DNA of 64,000 nucleotides from Kiritimatiellia bacterium (GTDB lineage Bacteria; Verrucomicrobiota; Kiritimatiellia; RFP12; DVOR01): NCBI GenBank assembly GCA_031552845.1, contig JAVBMC010000046.1, positions 863 to 64,862 of the forward strand, read 5' to 3'. Shown piece by piece: positions 55,411 to 64,000 of this stretch (position 1 is its first letter; each line of letters starts with the position of its first letter). The notes under the pieces were generated by a model. It saw only the letters and a program-made list of their open reading frames with translations, ran no database searches and was not told where the DNA came from. The position numbers and the translations under genes were made by a program.

Positions 55411-58400
55411 TCACTTCCGTTGCGTTGCGAACGCGTAAGCGTTGCGGAACATCTTCATCCACGGGCCATCCTGCGTGAACACCCCGCCGTTATACGACAG
55501 CTGAACCGCACGGAAACTGCGCTCCGGGTGCGGCATCAGAATCGTTGCGCGCCCATCATCGCTGGTAAACCCAGTCAATCCGCCGGCCGAGCCATTGGGA
55601 TTGAGCGGATAAACCTCCGTGGCATTCAAGCCGCCATCTACAAACCTCAACGCCGCCAAAGCCTTTTTATTGTCCGCTTCGTTGTCGAACAGCACTCTTC
55701 CTTCGCCATGCGCCACCGCAATCGGGATGCAGGACCCCGCCATGCCCTGCAACAGGACGGACGGCGACTCCAGAACCTCCAGCGTGCAATAGCGGCCTTC
55801 AAACTGCTCGGAGGTATTACGAACGAAGCGTGGCCATGATTGCGCGCCGGGAATGATATCCTTCAACTGCGCAACCATCTGGCAGCCATTGCAAACGCCG
55901 AGTGTAAATGTATCGGGCCGTTTGAAGAACACCGCGAACATCTCTGCGAGCTTGGCGTTGAATAGAATCGAACGTGCCCAGCCGGAGCCTGCGCCCAGCA
56001 CGTCGCCATACGAGAATCCGCCGCAGGCCACCAATCCCTTGAAGTCTGCCAGATTGACGCGCCCGTTCATCAGGTCAGTCATGTGCACATCGACAGAGGT
56101 GAAGCCCGCCAACGCAAACGCCGCCGCCATTTCGACGTGGCCGTTGACGCCTTGCTCGCGGAGGATTGCCATCTTCGGACGTTCGTTGATTGTGATGCCC
56201 TTGTCATTCGGATCATACGTCAGACGGAAGTTCATGCCCGGCACATCCGCGGTCGCCAGCTCAAACTCCTGCTTCGCGCAGACCGGATTATCGCGCAAGC
56301 TCTGCATGCGGTAAGTCGTCTCCGACCACAAGCTACGCACCTCGCTCAGCGGCATATCGATTGCAGGTTCATGCTCCACAGCGATTTGCAAAACCTTCTC
56401 ATTCATCGTGCGACCCAGCACGCTGACCGTGTCACCCAACCCGTAAGCCGTGAATTGTTGCAGCACTTCATCCAAGCGCGCATCTTCCACTTGCAACACG
56501 CAGCCCAACTCTTCGGAGAACAAAGCCGCGCAGGGCGACTTGCCGGAAATATCCGCCATGACGCCGCGTCCACCGGCAATCGCCATCTCTGCGAGCGTCA
56601 CCGCCAGTCCGCCATCCGAACGGTCGTGATAGGCGCAGACCGCACCGCTTGCAATCATTTCCTGCATCAAGGTAAAGAAGCGGCGGAACTTCTCGGGGTC
56701 ATCCAGATCCGGTGCCACATCGCCGATTTGATTGTAGACCTGTGCAAAGCAGCTGCCGCCCAAACGGTTCTTGGCTTCGCCAAGATCAACCAGCAGCAAC
56801 GTGCTCTCCACCGGCTTCAAATCCGGCGTGACGGTCTTACGTACATCCTTCACCGGCGCGAACGCCGAAACAATCAAACTCAACGGCCCCACCTGCTTGT
56901 GTGCATCGCCGCAGCTGTCGTTCCACACCGTGCGCATCGAGAGCGAATCTTTGCCCACCGGAATCGAGACGCCGAGCTGCGGGCACAAATCAATGCCGAC
57001 CGCTTTGACGGTATCAAACAACGCGGCATCCTGTCCCTCTTCGCCGCAGGCGCACATCCAGTTGGCCGACAGCTTGACGTTGCCGATATCGCCGACGTAG
57101 GCCGAGGCTAAGTTCGTCAACGACTCTCCCACTGCCAAGCGTCCGGAAGCCGGTGCATCCAAAACCGCCGCAGGCGTGCGCTCGCCGATTGCCATTGCTT
57201 CACCGGTGAACACTGTATAACCTGTCGCCGTTACGGCGTTGTCCGCCACCGGCAGCTGATACGGTCCGCACATTTGATCACGATGAACCAAGCCCGTCAC
57301 CGAACGGTCAGTAATCGACACCAAGAATGTCTTGTTCGCAATCGCTGGGAACTGCAACAGCCGCTTGAAAGCCTCTTGCGGTTCGGCCTCGGGAATCGTG
57401 CCCTTTGTTGCTTCTGTGTGGTGGACATCGCGCAGCATCTTCGGCGGCTTGCCCAACAGCACTTGAATATCCATATCAATCGGGCGGTCGTTGAAGTGGC
57501 TGTCTTCCAGCACCAACCGCTTGTCGGTGCCCGTCTTGCCGATGAATGCTACGGGACAACGCTCGCGCTTGCAGAACTCCTCAAACTCCGCGCGGTCTTC
57601 CGGACGGATCGCCAGCACATACCGCTCCTGCGCCTCACAGCACCAAATCTCCATCGGGCTCATCGACGGCTCTTCGTTATGTACTGCCCGCAGCTGGAAC
57701 TTCGCGCCGGTCGCTTCCACCAGCTCCGGGCATCCATTCGACAACCCACCCGCGCCGATGTCGTGAATCGACAGGATGGGGTTTTTATCGCCCAACGCCA
57801 TGCACGCATCAATCACACCCTGACAGCGGCGTTGCATTTCGGCATTGCCACGCTGTACGGAATCAAAATCCAACGCTTCGCTGTTCGCACCCGACGTCAT
57901 GGACGATGCCGCGCCGCCGCCCAACCCAATACGCATCGCCGGTCCGCCCAACTGCACAATCAACACATTCGGCGGCACGTCCTTCTTCTGCACATGACGG
58001 TTGCGGATGTTGCCGAACCCGCCCGCCAGCATGATCGGCTTGGCATAACCCCAATAGGTGCTGCCCCACGTATCTTCGCATGTGCGAAAGAATCCACACA
58101 GCTGCGGACGCCCAAATTCATTGCCGAATGCCGCGCCGCCGATGGGGCCTTCCGTCATAATGCTCAACGGCGAAGCCAAACGCTTCGGCGCTTCGGCGTG
58201 GTCTTTCTCCCACGGCTGTTCGTGGCCGGGAATCCGCAAGTGCGAAACCATGAACCCGCACAAGCCCGCCTTTGTGCGCGACCCTGTGCCCGTGGCGCTC
58301 TCGTCGCGGATTTCGCCGCCGACGCCGGTGGCCGCGCCGGGGTAGGGCGAGATCGCCGTCGGGTGATTGTGCGTCTCCACCTTCATCAGCATATCAATGC

Positions 58401-59262
58401 GGTCCTGCACAAATCCATACTCGCCGGTCTTCGGGTCGGCCGCAAAAGCCTGCGCATCAAAGCCCTCCATCACGCCGGAGTTGTCCTTGTAGGCCACCAG
58501 CGTCCCCTGCGGATGTTTCTCATGCGTGTTCTTGATCATCTTGAACAGCGACGTATCCTTCTGCTCGCCGTCAATCACCCAGTCGGCATTGAAAATCTTA
58601 TGGCGGCAGTGCTCGGAGTTCACCTGCCCGAACATCACCAGCTCCGTGTCCGTCGGATTACGCTGTGCCTGCGTGTAGGCGTTGAACAGATAATCAACCT
58701 CCTCATCGCTCAACGCGAGGCCGATCTCCTTGTTCGCCTGCTCAATCGCCGCACGCCCCTGCGCCAGCACATCAAATATCTTACCCCGCTGCGGCGCACG
58801 ATGCGCAAACACATCACTCAAATCCGTATACACGCCCTCGGTCATCCGATCATGCAGCACATTCAAAACCGCCGCCGGCGCTGTTGCAACATCCAACCCC
58901 GCGATGGAGACGAACATCGCCCGCTCGACGCGCTTCACATCCGTCAGCCCGCAGTTGTGGAAAATATCGGATGCCTTCGACGACCACGGCGAAATCGTTC
59001 CCTTGCGCGGCGCGATATAAAACATTCCCGCGCCCTTCGGCTCTACATCACTCGTCTGCGCATCGGCCTCGAGCAGCACGCAAGCGCGCTCAATTGTTTC
59101 AGCTGCCAATGCTGCGTCGCTATCCAGCAAATACACCCAGCGCGTCACCACCTCCGCATTCTGCAACCCGGCGGATTTCAACACCTCCCGCCACGCATCC
59201 ACACGAAACGACGACAAAGCGGCACTCCCGCGCAACATCAAAAAGGCCATAACAGCTCCCAA
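55411..59262 (-). CDS. purL: Phosphoribosylformylglycinamidine synthase, single-chain large form
   Basis: 1283 aa. FGAM synthase N-terminal, linker and AIRS-like domains, plus a C-terminal class-I glutamine amidotransferase (GVCNGCQM). Confidence 0.96.
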   Translation of the reverse strand: MGAVMAFLMLRGSAALSSFRVDAWREVLKSAGLQNAEVVTRWVYLLDSDAALAAETIERACVLLEADAQTSDVEPKGAGMFYIAPRKGTISPWSSKASDIFHNCGLTDVKRVERAMFVSIAGLDVATAPAAVLNVLHDRMTEGVYTDLSDVFAHRAPQRGKIFDVLAQGRAAIEQANKEIGLALSDEEVDYLFNAYTQAQRNPTDTELVMFGQVNSEHCRHKIFNADWVIDGEQKDTSLFKMIKNTHEKHPQGTLVAYKDNSGVMEGFDAQAFAADPKTGEYGFVQDRIDMLMKVETHNHPTAISPYPGAATGVGGEIRDESATGTGSRTKAGLCGFMVSHLRIPGHEQPWEKDHAEAPKRLASPLSIMTEGPIGGAAFGNEFGRPQLCGFFRTCEDTWGSTYWGYAKPIMLAGGFGNIRNRHVQKKDVPPNVLIVQLGGPAMRIGLGGGAASSMTSGANSEALDFDSVQRGNAEMQRRCQGVIDACMALGDKNPILSIHDIGAGGLSNGCPELVEATGAKFQLRAVHNEEPSMSPMEIWCCEAQERYVLAIRPEDRAEFEEFCKRERCPVAFIGKTGTDKRLVLEDSHFNDRPIDMDIQVLLGKPPKMLRDVHHTEATKGTIPEAEPQEAFKRLLQFPAIANKTFLVSITDRSVTGLVHRDQMCGPYQLPVADNAVTATGYTVFTGEAMAIGERTPAAVLDAPASGRLAVGESLTNLASAYVGDIGNVKLSANWMCACGEEGQDAALFDTVKAVGIDLCPQLGVSIPVGKDSLSMRTVWNDSCGDAHKQVGPLSLIVSAFAPVKDVRKTVTPDLKPVESTLLLVDLGEAKNRLGGSCFAQVYNQIGDVAPDLDDPEKFRRFFTLMQEMIASGAVCAYHDRSDGGLAVTLAEMAIAGGRGVMADISGKSPCAALFSEELGCVLQVEDARLDEVLQQFTAYGLGDTVSVLGRTMNEKVLQIAVEHEPAIDMPLSEVRSLWSETTYRMQSLRDNPVCAKQEFELATADVPGMNFRLTYDPNDKGITINERPKMAILREQGVNGHVEMAAAFALAGFTSVDVHMTDLMNGRVNLADFKGLVACGGFSYGDVLGAGSGWARSILFNAKLAEMFAVFFKRPDTFTLGVCNGCQMVAQLKDIIPGAQSWPRFVRNTSEQFEGRYCTLEVLESPSVLLQGMAGSCIPIAVAHGEGRVLFDNEADNKKALAALRFVDGGLNATEVYPLNPNGSAGGLTGFTSDDGRATILMPHPERSFRAVQLSYNGGVFTQDGPWMKMFRNAYAFATQRK

Positions 59263-59382
59263 TCTCTAAAAATCGAAAAACCGCATTATACCCTATTCCC
59301 GCAACCAACTCAACACTATACAAACACCCAAACCCCTGCATCAACGAAAAGGGGACACCCCCCTCTATCGGATCTGATCACA

Positions 59383-59473
59383 CCTACGATCGAACCCGCA
59401 TTCCCTTTACGATGCGAGGCTCATCCTCTCTACGATGGGAGTCCCATCCTCTTTACGATGCGACTCCCATCCT
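59383..59473. repeat. Three perfect-period 23-bp tandem direct repeats (plus a degenerate fourth) in the purL upstream region
   Basis: CTTTACGATGCGAGGCTCATCCT (59405), CTCTACGATGGGAGTCCCATCCT (59428), CTTTACGATGCGACTCCCATCCT (59451). Related CCTACGATCGAACCCGCATTCC at 59383. Confidence 0.75.
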
Positions 59474-59531
59474 AGAGGCACTCCGGTTGCTTCCCGGAAT
59501 GCATCAGCCGAATACGCAAACAGGGGCAGAT

Positions 59532-60032
59532 TTACTTCTTTAAGGGCGTTTTCAGGCGGGCAACGGACGGTGCCGCGAGTGGGTGGTTTTTATCTTTGGC
59601 GATGCTATAATAAAGGAACGCGGCATTGAGGTTGTAGAGCCGTTCGTAAAGAACGCCTAAATTATAGCAGGCGGTCGTGCAACCCCCAATGGCACACTCG
59701 TGGAGTTTGAGGAGCAGTGCTTCGGTTTCCTCCTCTGTCACGTACGCATCCTCGTCGTCGTCGCCACAGTTGGCGAATACGAGCAGGTCGTTCTGCACGC
59801 AAGGGTTGTTCATGTCCGGTACTGTTTGGGTGCCGGTATTCGTATACTCATGGCAGCAGACAAAAGAGAGCGAGTCGTTTGACGTGATTAACGCTGCATC
59901 ATCGCATTCACACTCGGCATCGTCTGCATGGAAGTAGAGGAAGACCACGAAAATGAAATGGCCGAGGCTCGCTGCCATTGTTATCACGCAAGCGAGAGCG
60001 AAGGGGATATCGGTTCGGTGAAGTAGTTTCAT
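59532..60032 (-). CDS. Small membrane-anchored protein with Sel1/TPR-like C-terminal repeat
   Basis: N-terminal TM. Cys-rich middle region. C-terminal ...CYNLGVLYERLYNLNAAFLYYSIAKDKNHPLAA paralogous to the next gene. Confidence 0.5.
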   Translation of the reverse strand: MKLLHRTDIPFALACVITMAASLGHFIFVVFLYFHADDAECECDDAALITSNDSLSFVCCHEYTNTGTQTVPDMNNPCVQNDLLVFANCGDDDEDAYVTEEETEALLLKLHECAIGGCTTACYNLGVLYERLYNLNAAFLYYSIAKDKNHPLAAPSVARLKTPLKK

Positions 60033-60042
60033 AGGGCACCAA

Positions 60043-61191
60043 TCAGAAAGGCGTTTGAGTCAGGCGTTGCAGGTTCGGGGCAATCAGGCAGTTGATGGCT
60101 TTAGCTGCGAGGGGATGGCCTTGTTCTTGGGCGTAACGGTAGAAGCTGTAAGCGTAGTAGTAATTTTCCTGCCGCTCGTACACGATGCCTAAATTATAGA
60201 GGGCGGTCCGGCAGCCGCCGAGTGCCGCAGGCATTAACCAGCGGATGATTCCATCATCATCCTCTCCGCCTAAGCCGTTGAGGCGGTGGTCCAGAATCAC
60301 CGCAATATTGTTACAGTCGCAGGCGTTACCGCTCAGGGCGCCCAACGCAATGTTGCCGAATTCAGCGTCCGGAAAGTCCGTAAAGAAGAGCATGTTTTTG
60401 AGGCGGTGCGGAAGCCCGGGCTTGGGATCCGGCTGCCAGAACTCATAACAGCGTATATTTGCCGAACCTTCAAAATCCGCATCAAGGACGAAGTAGAGGT
60501 CATCACTGAGCTTCCAAACCCGCAGATCGGTTTTACAATGCCTCCTCGGCTCAAACACATCTTCATCCGTACGTCCAAAGACCCAAATATGATTCCAATC
60601 GCGTGCGGGAAACATCCGCTGGATTTGCTGCACGGAGCAGCGGGGGTAACGCGAGTTCAGCTGCTTGATCGCGAACTGCTCTTCCATCGAAGCGAGACCG
60701 CGCATCGTCGCGACAGGCGACCAGAGTGCATTGGGAGATCGCGGATAGTCTGCAGTCTTCAGGCAAAGATTCCCTTCGGAATCATAGGCCAGTTGATTGC
60801 GTACCCATTTGTCAAAACGTGTGCGGTCAAACGGCCAAGCGGCGGTAGAACGCTTGGGAGTGTCGGAGCAATAACAGCAAAGGAGTTCGCCTTTCTCGCA
60901 AAGCGGGTGTCCTGTGGGCGCAGCACAGCCATAGCCTAAGCACTGATAGTCTGTTATTTCTTTGAGCGACCGGGGTACGGGTTCATCGGCATGCTCTTGA
61001 TTTGCGTCGTCGTCAATGGCATAGTCTTCTTCTTCGTCGGCCTCTTCGGTTGTGTCGCAAACATTGTCCCAATCATTGTCTCTGGCAGCACGGATGTCGC
61101 GGATGGTCAGTGCAGCATAGAGGATCGCTCCGGCGAGCAGGACGTAGTCAAAGCGGTGCTTCTTGAAGAGGCCAAAGATTGAAGTTTTCAT
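60043..61191 (-). CDS. Membrane-anchored Cys-rich protein with Sel1/TPR-like C-terminal repeat (paralog of 59532..60032)
   Basis: N-terminal TM (YVLLAGAILYAALTI). C-terminal ..ALYNLGIVYERQENYYYAYSFYRYAQEQGHPLAAKAINCL. Confidence 0.5.
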   Translation of the reverse strand: MKTSIFGLFKKHRFDYVLLAGAILYAALTIRDIRAARDNDWDNVCDTTEEADEEEDYAIDDDANQEHADEPVPRSLKEITDYQCLGYGCAAPTGHPLCEKGELLCCYCSDTPKRSTAAWPFDRTRFDKWVRNQLAYDSEGNLCLKTADYPRSPNALWSPVATMRGLASMEEQFAIKQLNSRYPRCSVQQIQRMFPARDWNHIWVFGRTDEDVFEPRRHCKTDLRVWKLSDDLYFVLDADFEGSANIRCYEFWQPDPKPGLPHRLKNMLFFTDFPDAEFGNIALGALSGNACDCNNIAVILDHRLNGLGGEDDDGIIRWLMPAALGGCRTALYNLGIVYERQENYYYAYSFYRYAQEQGHPLAAKAINCLIAPNLQRLTQTPF

Positions 61192-61402
61192 ACGGTAGAA
61201 AATGATGCAGGCGATGTGTGGCGGAACTCAGGGCGATGCAGACGGGTTTGGAGTATAACTTCTTATATCAAAGAGTGCAATGTTTTTCATTGCGTTCTTA
61301 AAATAGAGAGTTGTCAGAAGAAGGGTTGCGGTTTGGATTGGCTTTTGCAGAAGGGTGTGGTATAGTTACAGGTAGATTTAGTTTGTCAGTAGGGAGGACT
61401 TT

Positions 61403-64000
61403 ATGATGATGCGCGTTATTCTGGCGGTGTTGGGTGTGGGTTTGGCGGGGGTGTCCGGTGCGGCGTGGGAGGCGTTGCCGCCGATGCCGTCGGCTGTGTC
61501 CGGAGTGAAGCAGCCGGTGTTGCTGCTGGATGGCGATTGGAAGTTTACGGCCACAGGCGTCAAGACTACCTGTGCAGTGCCGGGGGAGTGGGCAATGCAG
61601 GGCATCACCGTGCCGAAGGGCGAAGCTGCGGTGTATGAACGCGGGGTGACTGTGCCGGCGGATTGGGCGGGCCTGCGGGGCTTATTGCGGTTTGATGGCG
61701 TGCATGCGGAGTGTGAGGTGTTTTGGGATGAGGTGAAGGTCGGCGAACATGCGGGAGGCTTTGTGCCGTTCATCGTGGAGGTGCCGAAACTGGCGGCGGG
61801 GGAACATGTGCTGCGGGTGGAGGTGAAGAGTGAGTCGGTGTCCGATACGCTCTCGACGATGTCACAATATGCGGCGCATCAGGTGGGCGGAATTGTGCGC
61901 AGCGTACGGTTGATGTGCGTGCCGAAAGTCTCTGTGGAATCATTGCGATTTGTGACGGAGGCGGTGGGGGATGATTGGGCGGAAGTCGCGGTGCATGTGC
62001 GCGTGCCGGCGGTGGCGTCGAATGGCGTACAAGTGACAGCGGAGCTAGTGGCAAGAGATGGAAGCCGCGTTTGGCAGGCCACAGCGGAAGTTCCTGAAGG
62101 GAAAGATATTGCCGTGCTGCGGGGGCGTGCGAATGGCGTGGCTTTGTGGACGAGCGAAACACCGGAGCTTTATAAGCTGGCATGGCAGGTGAAAGAGTCT
62201 GATGGCGCTACGTGGTCGAGGGGCGACAAGAAGGTGGGACTGCGGACAGTGAAGGTGGAGGGGAATCGGCTGTTGGTGAATGGGCGGCCTGTGAAACTGT
62301 TTGGCGTCAACCGACATGAGATTGATGCGAAGCGCGGGCGGTGCGTATCGCCGGAGCTGGCGCGGAAAGATGCGAAGCTGTTCAAGGGGGCGAATGTGAA
62401 TTGCGTGCGCACGTCGCACTATCCGCCGTCGGAGGCATTCTTGGATGCGTGTGATGAGCTAGGGTTGTTTGTGGAGTGCGAGGCGGCGTTGTGCTGGGTG
62501 GGCTTCTCCGCGAATCCGATCTGGAAGGAGTGGGATTATAAGGACGCGAAGTTCCTGCCGTATCTGCTGCGGGCGAACTTGGATCAGGTGGCGGCGTTTG
62601 GCGATCATGCGTCGGTAATCATGTGGTCGCTCGGGAACGAATCGAATTGGAGTCCGCTGTGGAGCGAGGTGGATGCGGCTGTGCGTGCGGCCGATCCATC
62701 ACGCCCGACGGTGTTTCACGATCAGGCTTGGGGCGATGGCTGGGTGATTCATCCGATGGCGGCGGTGGCGAACCAGCACTATCCGTATGAAGATAATCCC
62801 GAGCAGTGGAGCAAGCAAGGCAGGCCGTTGTGGTTTGGCGAGTATGCGCATGTGGAGTGTTACAACCGGCGGGAACTGCTGACGGACCCGGGCATCCGTG
62901 CCGACTGGGGGCGTCCGTTGGAGCGGATGGTGGATTTGATGTGGGCACAGCCCGGATGTTTGGGGGGGACGATCTGGGCGGGGATTGATGATGTCTTTGA
63001 AATGCCGGACGGTTCGCGCAAGGGCTATGGCGAGTGGGGAATTATTGATGTGCAGCGGCGGAAGAAACCGGAGTATGACGGGGTGAGATCAGCCTACTCG
63101 CCCGTCAAACTTATCGTGCCGAAACAGTCAGAGGATGGCGTGTTGACAGTGAAGATTCAGAACCGCTTTAACTTCACCAATCTTAAAAAAATCAACATTG
63201 ATTTTTCTTATAGTACTACGCCCTTTGAAAAGGACTATACAACAAATTGTATTGTGGATCTGGAGCCTCATGCGTGGGGTGAAATTAAACTGCCGTTGCA
63301 GCTTGGCATCTCTAGCAATGGTGTGTTAGCCGTGCGTATTAGCGATTCCAACAAGGCACGTAGTGAGGATAGAGTGTATACATTCGGCAGGCCATTTATA
63401 CTGGACTTGGATGATGAACGGGTACAGGAATTGGTTAGTCCAATCACCTATAATGCAGACGCATCGTTGAATATGTTGGGCAAAACGCTGCCGGCACCTG
63501 TGCCGTTTATCGCGGCGTTGAATAACACCGGTGGTGCGGCGACTCCATCAGGCACACAGCTCTCCGCAGACATTGAGCCGTTGAATGATTTACAGCCGTG
63601 GACATGGAAAGCGGTTGATGGATTGCCATGCGTCTTTACCGGGGAGAATGAGCAAATGCGGGCGCAGATGCGCTATGGGGTGTCTAACGGCGTGTTAGAT
63701 GTGAGCTATAGGCTGGAAATAAAGCAGGCGGTGAATCCACGGCAGTGGGGTTTGCTGTTGACGGCTGAGAATTTGTCGAAAAGGCTGATGTGGGTGCGTA
63801 ACAGGCAGGGACGGATTTGTGACCTCAGTGATGGACAACGCTGGTATGGTTCTGCCTATGCATCTTATAAAAATGCTCTGGGTGGAGTCGAGCGGCGCGA
63901 CGGCTATTCTTCGGATTGGAATATTCAAGGGCATGCGTTGGGCTCGGTTAACTTCCGTGCTACACGAACCCATGTGTTTGCAATGAGTCTAGGAGCATCG
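61403..64000 (+). CDS. Glycoside hydrolase family 2 protein (beta-galactosidase/beta-mannosidase-like), 3'-partial
   Basis: Not in the ORF track because no stop falls inside the window. I translated it by hand from ATG 61403 (RBS AGGGAGG) and the frame stays open to the window end. Signal peptide MMMRVILAVLGVGLAGVSGAA. GH2 TIM-barrel signatures GVNRHE, NCVRTSHYPP and the catalytic acid/base MWSLGNES. Confidence 0.85.
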   Translation, partial: MMMRVILAVLGVGLAGVSGAAWEALPPMPSAVSGVKQPVLLLDGDWKFTATGVKTTCAVPGEWAMQGITVPKGEAAVYERGVTVPADWAGLRGLLRFDGVHAECEVFWDEVKVGEHAGGFVPFIVEVPKLAAGEHVLRVEVKSESVSDTLSTMSQYAAHQVGGIVRSVRLMCVPKVSVESLRFVTEAVGDDWAEVAVHVRVPAVASNGVQVTAELVARDGSRVWQATAEVPEGKDIAVLRGRANGVALWTSETPELYKLAWQVKESDGATWSRGDKKVGLRTVKVEGNRLLVNGRPVKLFGVNRHEIDAKRGRCVSPELARKDAKLFKGANVNCVRTSHYPPSEAFLDACDELGLFVECEAALCWVGFSANPIWKEWDYKDAKFLPYLLRANLDQVAAFGDHASVIMWSLGNESNWSPLWSEVDAAVRAADPSRPTVFHDQAWGDGWVIHPMAAVANQHYPYEDNPEQWSKQGRPLWFGEYAHVECYNRRELLTDPGIRADWGRPLERMVDLMWAQPGCLGGTIWAGIDDVFEMPDGSRKGYGEWGIIDVQRRKKPEYDGVRSAYSPVKLIVPKQSEDGVLTVKIQNRFNFTNLKKINIDFSYSTTPFEKDYTTNCIVDLEPHAWGEIKLPLQLGISSNGVLAVRISDSNKARSEDRVYTFGRPFILDLDDERVQELVSPITYNADASLNMLGKTLPAPVPFIAALNNTGGAATPSGTQLSADIEPLNDLQPWTWKAVDGLPCVFTGENEQMRAQMRYGVSNGVLDVSYRLEIKQAVNPRQWGLLLTAENLSKRLMWVRNRQGRICDLSDGQRWYGSAYASYKNALGGVERRDGYSSDWNIQGHALGSVNFRATRTHVFAMSLGAS

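Noticed and set aside
56083-59475. Plus-strand ORFs of 342 and 733 aa antisense to purL
   Set aside because: purL on the minus strand is full-length and canonical. The antisense ORFs are Arg-rich GC artefacts.
1-64000. tRNA, rRNA and CRISPR arrays
   Set aside because: No cloverleaf-compatible segments with T-loop GGTTCGAATCC-like motifs, no rRNA-like conserved stretches, and no repeat-spacer architecture. The tandem repeats found are contiguous 22-23-bp units without spacers.

Overview
This is a high-GC (~58-60%) chromosomal window from a Gram-negative bacterium, probably of PVC-superphylum type; the domain calls below come from motif recognition only. Housekeeping genes are clear: the nusA-infB-rbfA operon, ilvD, an MscS-family channel, a PpiC-type peptidyl-prolyl isomerase, a single-chain purL, and a GH2 glycosidase that runs off the 3' end and is not in the ORF track. 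Between them sit several accessory blocks. (1) A tandem triplication of a membrane-anchored paralog with an embedded GNAT gene. (2) A GntR/LacI-type regulator flanked by secreted beta-helix-like proteins and a DUF4838-like protein with a duplicated CBM-like module. (3) An apparently co-transcribed block of two LamG proteins, a TSP3-repeat protein and a 2029-aa RHS toxin, followed by a very AT-rich candidate immunity gene. (4) Two tandem giant secreted proteins with N-terminal thioredoxin-like CxxC domains. (5) The most unusual structure: two diverged copies of an HU-like/DUF4469-type gene at ~16.9 kb and ~42.2 kb. Each copy lies in a duplicated non-coding cassette made of a 13-bp palindrome, an identical sigma70-type promoter, a conserved ~250-nt leader, the gene, an exact 22-bp-period tandem repeat array, and a palindrome-plus-hairpin element. 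The non-coding parts are more conserved than the proteins. No rRNA, tRNA or CRISPR was found.
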